Shown here piece by piece: positions 12,108 to 22,303 of a stretch of 64,000 bases of DNA. The notes beneath the pieces are model-generated. The model did no database searches and had not been told where the DNA came from. It worked only from the letters and a program-made list of their open reading frames with translations. The DNA is from Candidatus Eiseniibacteriota bacterium (GTDB taxonomy: Bacteria > Eisenbacteria > RBG-16-71-46 > JABDJR01), in assembly GCA_963783375.1 (NCBI GenBank), contig CAWANH010000029.1, positions 1,631,368-1,695,367 on the forward strand, in the 5' to 3' direction. The translations under genes and the position numbers were made by a program. Numbering within the stretch: position 1 is the first letter of the stretch; each line of letters opens with the position of its first letter.

Positions 12108-13175
12108 ATGCGCGCACTCGTCACCGCGGCACTCGGTTGCTTGTTGCTGATCTGCTCGCTGGCCGGCCCCACCCCTGCTTGCACGGATTTCTGTCTCGAC
12201 ACCCCGGACGGCCCGGTCTTCGGCTGCAATCTCGATCTCTTCATCCCCGGAGACGGCTTGGTGTTCATCAACCAGCGCGGAGTCGCGAAGGAAGGATTCC
12301 AGAAGAGCACGACCGGGGAGACGGCCCGCTGGGTCTCGAACTTCGGCAGCGTGACCTTCAATCCAGCCGGGCGCGAATTCGTATTCGGCGGCATGAACGA
12401 GGCGGGCCTGGTCATCGGGTCGATGGAGCTCCTGAACTCGGAGTTCCCGAAACCCGACGAGCGAGTCCCCTTGACCCTCGGCACCTGGGCCCAGTACGTG
12501 CTGGATACCTGCGGGAACGTCCAGGAGGCGATCCGACTCGATTCGAAGGTTCGTATCGAGGACTCCGCTCCCCCCTCGCATTTCCTGATCGCGGACGCGG
12601 ACGGCAACTGCGCCGCCCTCGAATGGTTGGACGGAAAGTTCGTGTGCCGCACCGGCGACGACCTGCCCGTCAAGGCCATGACGAACATGCGCTACGAACG
12701 GGCACTGGCGTCCTACGAGCGGGGTGGCCCCCGCTGGTGGTGGTCCAACCCGGGGCGGTCGGCCGAGCGGTTCGCCGCGGCCCACGATCGATGTGTCGGC
12801 TACGATGCGAACGGGGACATCGACCCGGTGACCCATGCCTTCGAGACGCTTACGCGAGTGGTCGCCGCGCCTCACACCAAGTGGAACATCGTGTACGACA
12901 TCCCGAAGCGGGAAGTCTGGTTCCGGTCCGTGTCCAGTCCGGCGATAAAGCACCTGTCGCTCGAAACCTTCGATCTCTCCTGCGATGCTCCCCTCTTGAT
13001 GCTGGACGTGAACGCGGCGCTCGAGGGGGACATTTCCAAGTCGTTCGTGCCCTACGACCGCGAGGTCAACATCAACGTGTTCCAGACCTTCTGCGATCGT
13101 TACGAGCTTGGGGTCTCGAGCGAGACCGCCGTCGCGCTGATGGATGTCTTCGACGGTTTCGAATGCGCGCGTTGA
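12108..13175 (+). CDS. Secreted Ntn hydrolase, choloylglycine hydrolase / penicillin V acylase family
   Basis: Signal peptide followed by catalytic Cys (CTDF), GMNEAGL, HFLIADADG, MTN. Confidence 0.88.
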   Translation: MRALVTAALGCLLLICSLAGPTPACTDFCLDTPDGPVFGCNLDLFIPGDGLVFINQRGVAKEGFQKSTTGETARWVSNFGSVTFNPAGREFVFGGMNEAGLVIGSMELLNSEFPKPDERVPLTLGTWAQYVLDTCGNVQEAIRLDSKVRIEDSAPPSHFLIADADGNCAALEWLDGKFVCRTGDDLPVKAMTNMRYERALASYERGGPRWWWSNPGRSAERFAAAHDRCVGYDANGDIDPVTHAFETLTRVVAAPHTKWNIVYDIPKREVWFRSVSSPAIKHLSLETFDLSCDAPLLMLDVNAALEGDISKSFVPYDREVNINVFQTFCDRYELGVSSETAVALMDVFDGFECAR

Positions 13176-13610
13176 ATGCGCGTCCGTGGGAGAGTCGTCG
13201 GCGAGGGCGACGTTCTCCCGGCTCCTCATGAACAGCCGGGCGCCGCCGCGCGGGGTGCCCGGCCCTTCGACGGACCCGCCCCGCGGGGGCGCGTCGGACT
13301 GGAGGCTCGGTCCACCCGTACCCCCGCCACGGACCCGGCTACGGATATCGCGCCGGGAAACCGGTTCGCCGGCCTCGAGGCCCGGGGCCCTTTTGTCCGG
13401 GACCGGCCGAAGATTCAATGAGTCAACCGATTACACGGAAATGAATTATGGAGCCCGGGTTTGGAGCGAGCAATCATGAGTGAATGTGTTATCTTTCGCT
13501 CTTCACCTCGTTTCCTCCGGATCGCCGCTGGGCAGCAAACAGGCTGGACATCCTGGCCGGCACTCCATTCCGCGCCGACCGCCGGAACTGGTCTCAAAGG
13601 GAGTCGAGAC

Positions 13611-14003
13611 TTGTCGAAGACACCACAGCCCATACGAACCGTTCAACCGCACGAACGCAAGACGATGCCGGGCCCCCCCGGCGCGCCCTTCGTTCGACAG
13701 GAGATGTTTGGCGACGGTCATGTCTGGGTGGGCATGGTCACCACCGAACCGGGCACCACCTCACCGTGGCACCATCACGGCGAGCACGAGACCTACGTCT
13801 ACATCCTGGAGGGCGAGGCCACCGTCGAATTCGGCTCCGGCGGGGCGGCCCGAATGCACGCGACCGCCGACGGATCGCTGCACATCATCCCCGCCGGCCT
13901 GGCCCACCGGGAGTTGAACACCGGCTCGGCGCCCAATCGGATGCTCGTCGTGCGGGTCGGTGACGGCCCATCGGTCATTCCACTGGACGGTCCACCGGAG
14001 TAG
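13611..14003 (+). CDS. Cupin domain protein
   Basis: WHHHGEHETYVYILEG and IPAGLAHRE cupin motifs; TTG start after an AGGGAG RBS (alternative ATG 13666). Confidence 0.85.
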   Translation: MSKTPQPIRTVQPHERKTMPGPPGAPFVRQEMFGDGHVWVGMVTTEPGTTSPWHHHGEHETYVYILEGEATVEFGSGGAARMHATADGSLHIIPAGLAHRELNTGSAPNRMLVVRVGDGPSVIPLDGPPE

Positions 14004-14476
14004 GCGAGGCGCCACCCTCCCCCCTGGTGCGCCCTCGGCCGTAGAGGCCCAGGACCGAGAGTTTCCGGGGGGGGCACCGGGGCCGCCATCGCCCACCGGA
14101 TCGAAACCGCCGGCCGACATCGACTTCATCGGGGTGCGCACGCCCGGCGCGACGGAGGCGGTGAAGCTGCTTCTCATCGACCGGTCGTCGAGAAATCGGC
14201 CCGGAGCGGCTTGGTGACCGGGGATCCCCGGAGTTCGGAGGAACTGTCCGGGGTCCGGTCGCAAATGTGGCCTATCCCACCCCCGGCCCAGGCGGGGCCA
14301 CACGGCAAATTGACGTGGATGTCTGCGGGCAAACCATGATAAAATTGAAGTTTATACGAATCGCAGGGTCCAGCCGGACCCCCCCTACCCGATGCTGCGA
14401 CCGGGAGTCTCCAGAGTCTCTCCTCTTCGAAGGACCCGGGCAGCCGACATGCAACGAGACCGGAGGTGACATCACG

Positions 14477-15361
14477 ATGAAAAGGATACTGATTTTATCG
14501 GCTTTGCCCGTCCTGGTTGCCGGTTCCGCCCTGGCCCAGCCGGTCATCGACGGGACGATCGCCGGCGACAGCTACGGCCCGGCGGCATCGGTGCAGGCGG
14601 TTCAGACGGGATTCGGCGACAACCAAAGCGAGCTCGACGCCGCCTATTGCACGTCGGTGGGCGGCCGTTTCTACCTGGCCCTCACCGGCAACCTCGAGGA
14701 CAACTTCAACAAGATCGAGATCTTCATCGATTCCAAGGCGGGCGGCGAGAACGTCCTCAGCGGACAGCCCGGCAATGACGGCGCCGGCGCCATGGCGGGA
14801 TTGACCTTCGATACCGGGTTCGACCCCGACTACCACATCATCGTCCGTCACGGCCTCTCCACCGGTAGCGTGTTCGACCTCGACTTCGCGGAACTCGGCA
14901 CCACCAACTTCACCTACTACGGAGACGTCTTCGGGGGTACTCAGGAAGGATCGGGAGTCACCGGAACCGGGCTCAACGCCCAGCCCATCGAGGTCGGTTT
15001 CGACAACAGCAATGCCGCCGGAGTGGCGGGCGGCACCGCAGCCGCCAATCAGGCGGCCGCGCTTGCCGTCCAAACGGGTCTGGAACTCAGCATCGATCTT
15101 TCCGATCTCGGGTTCGTGAGCGGCGACATCAAGGTCTGCGCGTTCGTAAACAACGCCGACCACAATTACGCATCCAACCAGTTCCTCGGCCCGTTACAGC
15201 CGCCCCAGGGCAATCTCGGCGGGGACGGGGCCGGCACCTTTACCGGCGTCGTGAATTTCGATCTGGGAGATTTCGCCGGCGACCAGTTCTTCTCCTGTGC
15301 CGCTCAGCCGGTCCCGGTCGAGAACGCGTCCTGGTCGAGGATCAAGGCCATGTATCGCTGA
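14477..15361 (+). CDS. Secreted Gly/Asp-rich beta protein with C-terminal PVE-x3-W-x2-IK-x2-YR tail
   Basis: GGAGG RBS, signal peptide, ends PVPVENASWSRIKAMYR. Confidence 0.85.
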   Translation: MKRILILSALPVLVAGSALAQPVIDGTIAGDSYGPAASVQAVQTGFGDNQSELDAAYCTSVGGRFYLALTGNLEDNFNKIEIFIDSKAGGENVLSGQPGNDGAGAMAGLTFDTGFDPDYHIIVRHGLSTGSVFDLDFAELGTTNFTYYGDVFGGTQEGSGVTGTGLNAQPIEVGFDNSNAAGVAGGTAAANQAAALAVQTGLELSIDLSDLGFVSGDIKVCAFVNNADHNYASNQFLGPLQPPQGNLGGDGAGTFTGVVNFDLGDFAGDQFFSCAAQPVPVENASWSRIKAMYR

Positions 15362-15378
15362 TCGGGCGTTCACAGGTT

Positions 15379-15404
15379 CGGGGGGCGGCGGTGACCGCCC
15401 CCCG
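15379..15404. terminator. Hairpin between convergent genes
   Basis: CGGGGGGCGG-CGGTGA-CCGCCCCCCG. Confidence 0.65.
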
Positions 15405-15415
15405 TCCTCAAGCCT

Positions 15416-16648
15416 CTAGAAAACGAAGTCCAGCCGAGCGGTGAAGGAGGAACTGGCGGCGTCCCCGAAGATCTCCACCGTGGACAGCCCGGTGGTCTTC
15501 ACGTAGGCGTCGTCGACCAGGCGGTACGAGTACTCGGCGTGGACGGCCACGTTGTCCTCCAGATAGTAGCGGGCGCCCGCCGTATAGCGGTTCACGTCGA
15601 ACCCGCTGACCTTGGACTGGTTGACCAGGTCGAACCGGGCGAACCCCACCAGCTTCACCGTGGGGAGCACGCTCAACTCGGCGAAACCGCCCGAATAGTC
15701 CACCCGCTTGCCCGCCCCCCAGAGCGCCTTGTTGTCCATCGCCCACAGGTATTGCAGCGCGAGGTTGAACATGGATGCGTTCAGGCTGGCGTCGACGCCG
15801 AGCCGCGAGAAGCTCTCGCGGTCGCCGCCGCCCAGCGGCCGCGCCTGCCCGAGGTAGCCGGTCACTCCCAGGCGCTGTCCCACCGTCTGTCCTTCGCCGA
15901 CGCCGAAAACGTAGGCGGCCCGGCCGTAGAAGTCGGCGGGGGTATCCTCGGGAAGGTTGGTGGCCGCCCCGTCGACCCAGCCCGCGGCGTACTGGAACCT
16001 CTCGGGGCCGTACCCGCTCAATTCGATGCCGGACTGCGTCTCCGAGAGAGCCGGTCCTCCGGGGAAGCCGACATCGTAGACCTCGTACGGCGCCACGCTG
16101 AGTTGGCGTTTCACGCTGAACGCCACGTAGGCGGGCTCGAAGCGGCCCACCCGCGCGTTGAGCCAGGTGCCGGCGAGATCGCTCAGCACCAGGCTGGCCA
16201 TCTCCAGCGTCCCCTCCTGGCCGGCCACCCCGCGGGCAGCGGTGATCGGCGGCACGTAGACCATGAAGAAGCCGATGCGCGGTCCCAGCAGTCCGGCGGA
16301 GAGCACATCCAGTCCGTTCAACCGGAAGTCGCTCTCATCGCCCGCGCCGTAGTAGGCCTCGGCCACATAGTCGCGGTGCTCCATCGAGTAGCCCGCGGTG
16401 GTGCGGAACGCCACCGGGGCCGGCGTCTCCAACACGGTCTTCTCCTCGTTCACCAGACCGGGGAGGCGGTAGCCGTTCATCCGGAACCGCTGTCCGAAGT
16501 CGTTCAGGCGCGGCACGTCCGAGTGGCACATCGTGCAGTTGAAGCCGTACTTGCGGGCGAAGACCGGCACGGCCGAGACCGACTGGGCCCACAGAGTCGC
16601 CGCGACCACCGCCAGGAACGAAAACACGATCGCATAGCGGGTCTTCAT
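15416..16648 (-). CDS. Cyc2-like fused monoheme cytochrome c / outer-membrane beta-barrel
   Basis: Signal peptide, AVPVFARKYGFNCTMCHSDVPRLNDFGQRFRMNGY, amphipathic beta strands, C-terminal Phe (RLDFVF). Confidence 0.8.
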   Translation of the reverse strand: MKTRYAIVFSFLAVVAATLWAQSVSAVPVFARKYGFNCTMCHSDVPRLNDFGQRFRMNGYRLPGLVNEEKTVLETPAPVAFRTTAGYSMEHRDYVAEAYYGAGDESDFRLNGLDVLSAGLLGPRIGFFMVYVPPITAARGVAGQEGTLEMASLVLSDLAGTWLNARVGRFEPAYVAFSVKRQLSVAPYEVYDVGFPGGPALSETQSGIELSGYGPERFQYAAGWVDGAATNLPEDTPADFYGRAAYVFGVGEGQTVGQRLGVTGYLGQARPLGGGDRESFSRLGVDASLNASMFNLALQYLWAMDNKALWGAGKRVDYSGGFAELSVLPTVKLVGFARFDLVNQSKVSGFDVNRYTAGARYYLEDNVAVHAEYSYRLVDDAYVKTTGLSTVEIFGDAASSSFTARLDFVF

Positions 16649-17691
16649 CGCAGACCTCCCTTCGGATCGGCGTTGGGCTGGCCTTCGGGGAAGGTCGGGA
16701 TATCCACCTCGGGCAGGGTGCCGGTCAGCGCCTCCATGAACGCCACCAGGTCCGCCTTCTCGCTCGCGGTGAGGTTCAGGGGCAGCATGAGCGGATCCAG
16801 ATGCGGGTTGGGCGTGCCGCCCATGTTGTAAACGTCGATCACGTCCATGAGCGTCTCGGCTGAGCCGTCGTGGAGGTAGGGGGGGGTCAGCGCGACGTTT
16901 CGCAGCATCGGGGTCTTGAAACGACCGATATCCGCCGGATCGTTGGTCACGGCGAACCGCCCAGAATCGGGCTGCTCCGCCTCCATACCCACCCCGAGGT
17001 TGTGGAAGAACTGGTCGGAGAACATCGGCCCGCTGTGGCAGGGCGTGCAATGGCCCTTGCCGTTGAAGAGGTGAAGCCCCCGTACCGCCGCCGGGCTCAT
17101 CGCCGTCTTGTCGCCCATCACGTACAGGTCGTAAGGCGACGGCCCGGAAACGACGGTGCGCTCGAACGAGGCAATGGCCTTGGCGATGTCGTCGATGTCC
17201 GGGTCACGGCCGAACACGGTCTGGAACTGCTCCCGGTAGCCCGGGATCCCGTTCAGCTTCCGCACCACGTTCTCGTGGGTCTCCCCCATTTCGATCGGGT
17301 TGTGGATGGGACCGACCGCCTGGCCCTCGAGAGACGGCTCGCGCCCGTCCCAGAACTGGAACCGCATCTGGCCGGCGTTGATCACCGTCCCCGAGTTGCG
17401 GGCGCCGACCTGTCCGTCAATGCCGGTATCGGTCGGGTGCGGGTTGGCCCATCCGGTGCGCGGATCGTGGCAGCTCGCGCAGCTGATGGTGTTGTCCGCC
17501 GAGAGGCGGGTATCGAAGTACAGCTGTGTGCCGAGTCGAACCTTGGCGTCGGTCTGCGGATTGTCCGCGGGGATCGGCATCGCGGGCATGAGCCCGTTCT
17601 CGAACATTCGTCCTTGTGCCCAGGCGGGACATGGCCCGGCGAGGGCGGCCAACACGAGCCCGGCGACGACGACTACTATGCTCCGTCTCAC
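16645..17691 (-). CDS. Diheme cytochrome c peroxidase / MauG superfamily protein
   Basis: CASCH, CTPCH, QFWDGR, FKTPMLRNVALTPPYLHDGS; GTG start with GGAGG; ATGA overlap with the porin gene. Confidence 0.92.
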   Translation of the reverse strand: MRRSIVVVVAGLVLAALAGPCPAWAQGRMFENGLMPAMPIPADNPQTDAKVRLGTQLYFDTRLSADNTISCASCHDPRTGWANPHPTDTGIDGQVGARNSGTVINAGQMRFQFWDGREPSLEGQAVGPIHNPIEMGETHENVVRKLNGIPGYREQFQTVFGRDPDIDDIAKAIASFERTVVSGPSPYDLYVMGDKTAMSPAAVRGLHLFNGKGHCTPCHSGPMFSDQFFHNLGVGMEAEQPDSGRFAVTNDPADIGRFKTPMLRNVALTPPYLHDGSAETLMDVIDVYNMGGTPNPHLDPLMLPLNLTASEKADLVAFMEALTGTLPEVDIPTFPEGQPNADPKGGLR

Positions 17692-17951
17692 GTCTGCCTC
17701 CTGGTTCCATGAGAACCGGTCGGCATGAGGGTCCGCATACGGTACCCCACGGCGGGCCAAACTACCAGCCCATGACGCAACCTGGCCGGTGCGCGCCACG
17801 CCCAGCCGGACAGAAGGGGGCCGAAGACGCAACTGTCCGATGGGTTCCTGTGCGCATGCATTGAGGTCGCTCAGGCGGGGCAATTCTCGACCTGGCGTCC
17901 CCGGCCCCGCCCGCAGAGCACTTCGGGTCGGCGCGCCGGGACGGTCTGCAT

Positions 17952-18050
17952 TCTTTGCCGCAGGCCGGATACGAAGGAACCCCAAGGGCCCTGAGACCTT
18001 CGACTCCGGGCCAAGCCACCGGCTATAGCCCCTCGGGGACCGTCGCAATG
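17952..18050 (+). repeat. Mosaic att-like repeat, degenerate (half hairpin + left arm L3 + right arm R2)
   Basis: CTGAGACCTTCGACTCCGGGCCAAGCC resembles 32350-32376; CCCTCGGGGACCGTCGCAAT resembles 35417-35437 and 39233-39254. Confidence 0.6.
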
Positions 18051-18141
18051 ACACTCGAGTCAGATTTGACGCGATTGTCAGATCTGATGTAGTTTTGTAT
18101 TGATTCTCATCCCCTCCGGACTTCCCACGGAAAGGTACTTC

Positions 18142-19113
18142 ATGCTCACTCGTCCTTTTCTGGTAAAGAGCAAGCCCTTCGCTCTGCAGCAGTGCATTCT
18201 CGGCGCGGTGGCAATCTCAGGCTTCTTGGCGATCGCCGGACCTGCTCACGGTCAGCCCACGCCCGTCGCCGACCTGCGAAAGACCTGGACCTCGGCCGAC
18301 CCGCCCCCCGGTAACGACACCGAAGACGCGCCGTTCTTCACTCCTTTCAACAGCAGCGTGTCCTGGGGTGGTTCCGTCCCGTGCGACACGCCGCCGAATG
18401 ACCCGACGTTCACGAGCGGGGAGGCCACCCAGAACTCCACCGCATCTCCGTTGTCCTACATGGGCACCGGCACGGCGACGGCCAGTGGGGACGGCGGCTC
18501 CTGCGGATGCAGCATCACCTCGTATTCCGTCTATAAGGTCCGCTTCACAACGGACGAAAGCTACGACGTCACCGTGAGCGGGACCTTCCAGGATGCCAGC
18601 TTCCAACTGAGCGCCGAAGCGGGCTCGACCTTCGTGGGGGGAGTGGGGATCTTCACCGGCACACTGGACGAAATGGTCACCATCCCACCGGGAAGCTATG
18701 TCCTAAGCTCCAGCGCGCTTGTCCTGGCCACGTTCACCACAGGGAACTCCGGAACATTGGAGTCCTCGTTCGATTTCTCGGTTCAGCTCTCCGCGACCGG
18801 CTCCGTTTCCGTCGGCGAGACGCCGACCCCACGTCCGAGCTTCTTCCTGACCGCCCCACAACCGAATCCGTCACGCTCCATCTCGAACCTCGAACTCGTC
18901 ACGGACAGCCGAGCACAACTCACCCTGACGGTCTACGACGTGTCCGGCCGCGCCATTCGAAGCCTCATGGACGGGCCTCTTTCCCCTGGAGAACACGGCA
19001 TTTCCTGGGACGGACGGGACCGACGAGGTTCCCGTGTTCCCTCCGGCGTGTACTTCCTGCGGGCATTCAGCGAGGAGCGAAGCGCCGTTCGCCGCATCAT
19101 CCGGATCGATTGA
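18142..19113 (+). CDS. Secreted Ser/Thr-rich protein with C-terminal FlgD-Ig / T9SS-like domain (paralog of 35532-36500)
   Basis: Signal peptide; PNPS...VYDVSGR...WDGRD..G..VPSGVYF. Confidence 0.88.
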   Translation: MLTRPFLVKSKPFALQQCILGAVAISGFLAIAGPAHGQPTPVADLRKTWTSADPPPGNDTEDAPFFTPFNSSVSWGGSVPCDTPPNDPTFTSGEATQNSTASPLSYMGTGTATASGDGGSCGCSITSYSVYKVRFTTDESYDVTVSGTFQDASFQLSAEAGSTFVGGVGIFTGTLDEMVTIPPGSYVLSSSALVLATFTTGNSGTLESSFDFSVQLSATGSVSVGETPTPRPSFFLTAPQPNPSRSISNLELVTDSRAQLTLTVYDVSGRAIRSLMDGPLSPGEHGISWDGRDRRGSRVPSGVYFLRAFSEERSAVRRIIRID

Positions 19114-19463
19114 TAGCACCGGTAAGGGGTGCCGCAGGGGTTCGCCGCCGCCTACACCCAGGAATCGGTCAATCTCACCTGGAATGCGGCTCCCGAGCCC
19201 GACTTCCAGTACCTCCGCGTGTACCGGGGCACCGATCCGGGCCTCGTGCCCGGACCGGGGAACCTCGCGCACGAGCCCGCATCGACCTGGGGGCAGGACA
19301 CGCCGGCCGACCCGGCCTCGGTGCTCTACAAGATCACCGTGCTGGACCACGCCGGGAACGAGAGCGCGCCGGCGGGCTCGGGGGCGGTGACGGCGGGGTA
19401 TATCTCTACCGCCTCCGCACCGGAGCGTTCGAGTCCACCCGGCGGGTGGTGATGCTCCGATGA
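19114..19463 (+). pseudogene. Remnant of secreted FN3 + FlgD-domain gene (internally deleted)
   Basis: LTWNAAPEPDFQYLRVYRG...DHAGNESAP joined out of frame to GVYLYRLRTGAFESTRRVVMLR; no start or signal peptide. Confidence 0.65.
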
Positions 19464-19550
19464 GCTGAGCCAGGAGCTTTCTGCGGCAAGGGCGATCACC
19501 GGAGGGTGGCCGCCCTTTCGCCTTGGTTGGCGGAACACCTGGCCGGGCAT

Positions 19551-19633
19551 GAGAGCCCCCCCAGGGACTCTCGCTCAGGGGGGTCTCCGTCAGCCGATAC
19601 GACGCCGGAAGTTCGCGTCCTTGGACTGGCTCC
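19551..19633 (+). repeat. Mosaic att-like repeat (hairpin + left arm L1 + unique right arm)
   Basis: ...CTCTCGCTCAGGGGGGTCTCCGTCAGCCGATACGACGCCGGAAGTTCGCGTCCTTGGACTGGCTC matches 37290-37367. Confidence 0.85.
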
Positions 19634-20038
19634 ACTGATCTGTGCCCTGTACGATTCGCCGATCGATTCGACACACGTCACCAGCCCGTGGGGCGTCCCC
19701 GCCATCCCGGTCGCAAGACCATCCCCTTCTGCGACTATTGCCCCCGTCCCGCGGATCCTGCCTTGGTGGCTTGAAGTGCGAGGACCGGATGCACGTCTGC
19801 GGCGAGTGCGCGAAGTTCGTGATCGAACCCGAGGATCTGCCTGAACTGCACCGGGTAGTGGTCGCGCGGCTTGGAGAGGTCGCATTCGTTCTCGACGGCC
19901 CTGTGGTCCTTCGCATCGTGGATCGCACCGATTCTGATTTCCCGGAGGAAGCGAGAAGCACGAAGTGAGCGAAGCCGTCTTTCAATTGCTGTTGGATGGG
20001 ATCGTGCTTGAAAGACGGAGGATAATGGATTAACAAAA

Positions 20039-20525
20039 ATGTATGACACGAGCCGAGCGCGCCGCACAGATGACTCAGGACAACGTGTCGCGCTGCTCGA
20101 GTCCCAGGATGAACTTGCCGCCTCGCACGAAGCGTATCACACGAAGACGGACGCGGCCCACCGGAAGCTGCACGTGGAGAACGAAGACCTTCGCAGCCAG
20201 CTGGAGTGGCTGAAGCCGCAGGTGTTCGGGTCGAAGTCGGAACGGCGAGTGCCCCTTCCCGAGGAGCAACTTACCCTCGGCCAGATGAACGCCGAAACCC
20301 CAGCCTCCATTCCGACGCTCCCCGTGCGCTCCCACCAGCGCCAGCGGGCCCAGACCCCGGTGGCAACCGGAGAGAGCGGGGTCCGGTTCGATCCCTCGGT
20401 CCCGGTGAAGGTGATCGAGGTTCCCAACCCCGAGTTGGACGGCCTACCTCCGGAGTCCTATACGACGATCCGGGAAGTGGTGACCGAGCGGTTGGTGCAG
20501 AAGCCGTCGAGCTTCGAGGTGAACC
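20039..20525 (+). mobile_element. IS66-family transposase (TnpC) N-terminal remnant
   Basis: LRSQLEWLKPQVFGSKSERR leucine-zipper motif, IREVVTERL; no DDE domain. Confidence 0.75.
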
Positions 20526-20581
20526 ACCCGGCTTTTCCGGAGCCCCGGCTACCTGACTCCGACGGGGCATGTTCTGACCCC

Positions 20582-21250
20582 TCAACTCAGCAGTCCATTC
20601 CTTCGCCTTCCATCATGACCTGTCCCCATTGGTTGTACCACCTCCCATGCTGGAGCGACCAGCCTGGAGATCGGCGCGACGGCCTCGGGGGCCACACCGG
20701 GCGGTAGAAGCTGGACGGGGGGGCTCCCCAGGTCGAGCACCTGTGGATCACCGAGCCCGCCCTGGTTCGTGAGGTGCAGCACGTAGCCCCCCCAGGCGTC
20801 GGAGAAGTAGGCGATCCGCGCGCCGTCCGGCGACCACGCCGGGTCGCGCTCGGCCGCGCCTACGGTGCGGGTGAGGTCGCGATGGGCACGGTCTGGCCGG
20901 TGGCGGGGTCGAAGAGGTGGAGCCAGCCGAACTGTTCCTAGACGCTCCGCCCGGTCCGGCCGAGGCCGAGGTGAAGTCGACCCCGTCGTTGGGAGCCGCG
21001 GCAGTGACCGCCTTGGTGTCGAGGTCGTAGAGGGCGACCGAGCCGCTCAGGTCGGAGAGGAAGTAGATCGTGTTCCCTACCCATAGGAGGTTCTTGTTGT
21101 TGGAGTTGTCGGCTTGCGGGATCTTCACGATCGCCGAGGTGGCCAGGTCGGCGATCCAGATGGTCGTGGTCTGCCCGCCCCGGTAGCCCTTCCACGCCGG
21201 CTCCCACTGGAAGCTGGGCTCATGGGCGAGATGGGTCCCGTCGGGGAATA
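20582..21250 (-). pseudogene. Tricorn protease (S41) beta-propeller fragments
   Basis: WKGYRGGQTTTIWIADL, GNTIYFLSD, AERDPAWSPDGARIAYFSD in shifting frames. Confidence 0.75.
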
Positions 21251-21384
21251 GGACGCCTCCTGAACCCTGGGGAGCGGAACCTCGGTGGGGAGGCCGCCCG
21301 CCGCCGGTCACGGACCAAAGGCAAGCGCCCCAACGGGTTTCCCCGGTGGGGCGCTGGCGCATCGGCGTTACGAATCGCGCTCGG

Positions 21385-22068
21385 TCAACGCATCCGGATC
21401 ATCGTCTTCGTCTCGACGTGACGGGACGTGGTGAGGCGATAGAAGTAGACCCCGGTGGGAGACTGGCGGCCCTGGGAATCCTCGCCCGACCAGGTTAGCG
21501 CGTGGTGTCCCGGCGGGAGGCCGGAGGCGTCCAGGTGCCTGACGACGTTGTCCAGGATCGCCACCGCGGTGATCGCCTCGCCGTCCAGGTCGATGTCGTT
21601 ACCCAGGAAGCCCGGGGCGGCGACGGCCAGATCCCTGTCCCCGTAGGCACGACAGGTGTCCGGGGTGCCTATTGGAGCACCGCATCCGGTCACGACGGGA
21701 CTCCCATCGGGTCCCGCGGCCTGGGGATCCGGCCCGAGAGGCCGGTCCCCCGCCTCGGGATAAGGCCGGAGGGCGATGAGGGTCGGAGTTCCGGGGACAA
21801 CAGTCGCGTCGGACCCGAACGGGAGCGGTTCCCCCCGCTCCCGAGTCACGGACTGGATGAAGAGGGGAAGCAACGGGGCGGGAAGCGAGGATCCCGGCAG
21901 GGGGGAATCCTGGTCGCTCCAACCTTCGACGACATCGGAGCTTGCCGACGGGAGCACGACGGTGGCCGTCGGCCGGACGGGGAGTGGAACGGAAGGATCT
22001 GCGGCGAATGCCGGGGTCCGGGACCCCATGAACAGGAAGAACGCTAACAGGACCGGTGCGGATTTCAT
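21385..22068 (-). pseudogene. Chimeric or internally deleted secreted protein (Ig-like fragment + FlgD C-terminus)
   Basis: Signal peptide, AAPGFLGNDIDLDGE fragment abruptly fused to LTWSGEDSQGRQSPTGVYFYRL. Confidence 0.6.
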
Positions 22069-22273
22069 GGTGGCAGCTCCTCGAGAGGTAAATGGGGGTC
22101 CTTGAGCCGGCATCATATTCCACTAGAATCCTGTAACACAACGAGTTTCACGCGGAGCAAAGCCCGGGAGAGGGCTCGAGGAGGGGATTCGCACCGGGCC
22201 GGCCCATGCTCCAGATCGCGAACGGGATCATGGAGGCAGGCTACAACCAAGCGGGCCAGGTCACCGGTGGCTA

Positions 22274-22291
22274 ACCGTACAGATGTACGGT
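22274..22291. promoter_or_regulatory. Palindromic operator, LexA-box-like (GTAC-N4-GTAC)
   Basis: ACCGTACA-GA-TGTACGGT just upstream of ATG 22304. Confidence 0.6.
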
Positions 22292-22303
22292 ATCATCGAG
22301 TCG

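Noticed and set aside
19642-20067. Short overlapping ORFs on both strands
   Set aside because: Could not decide the coding strand or recognise a family.
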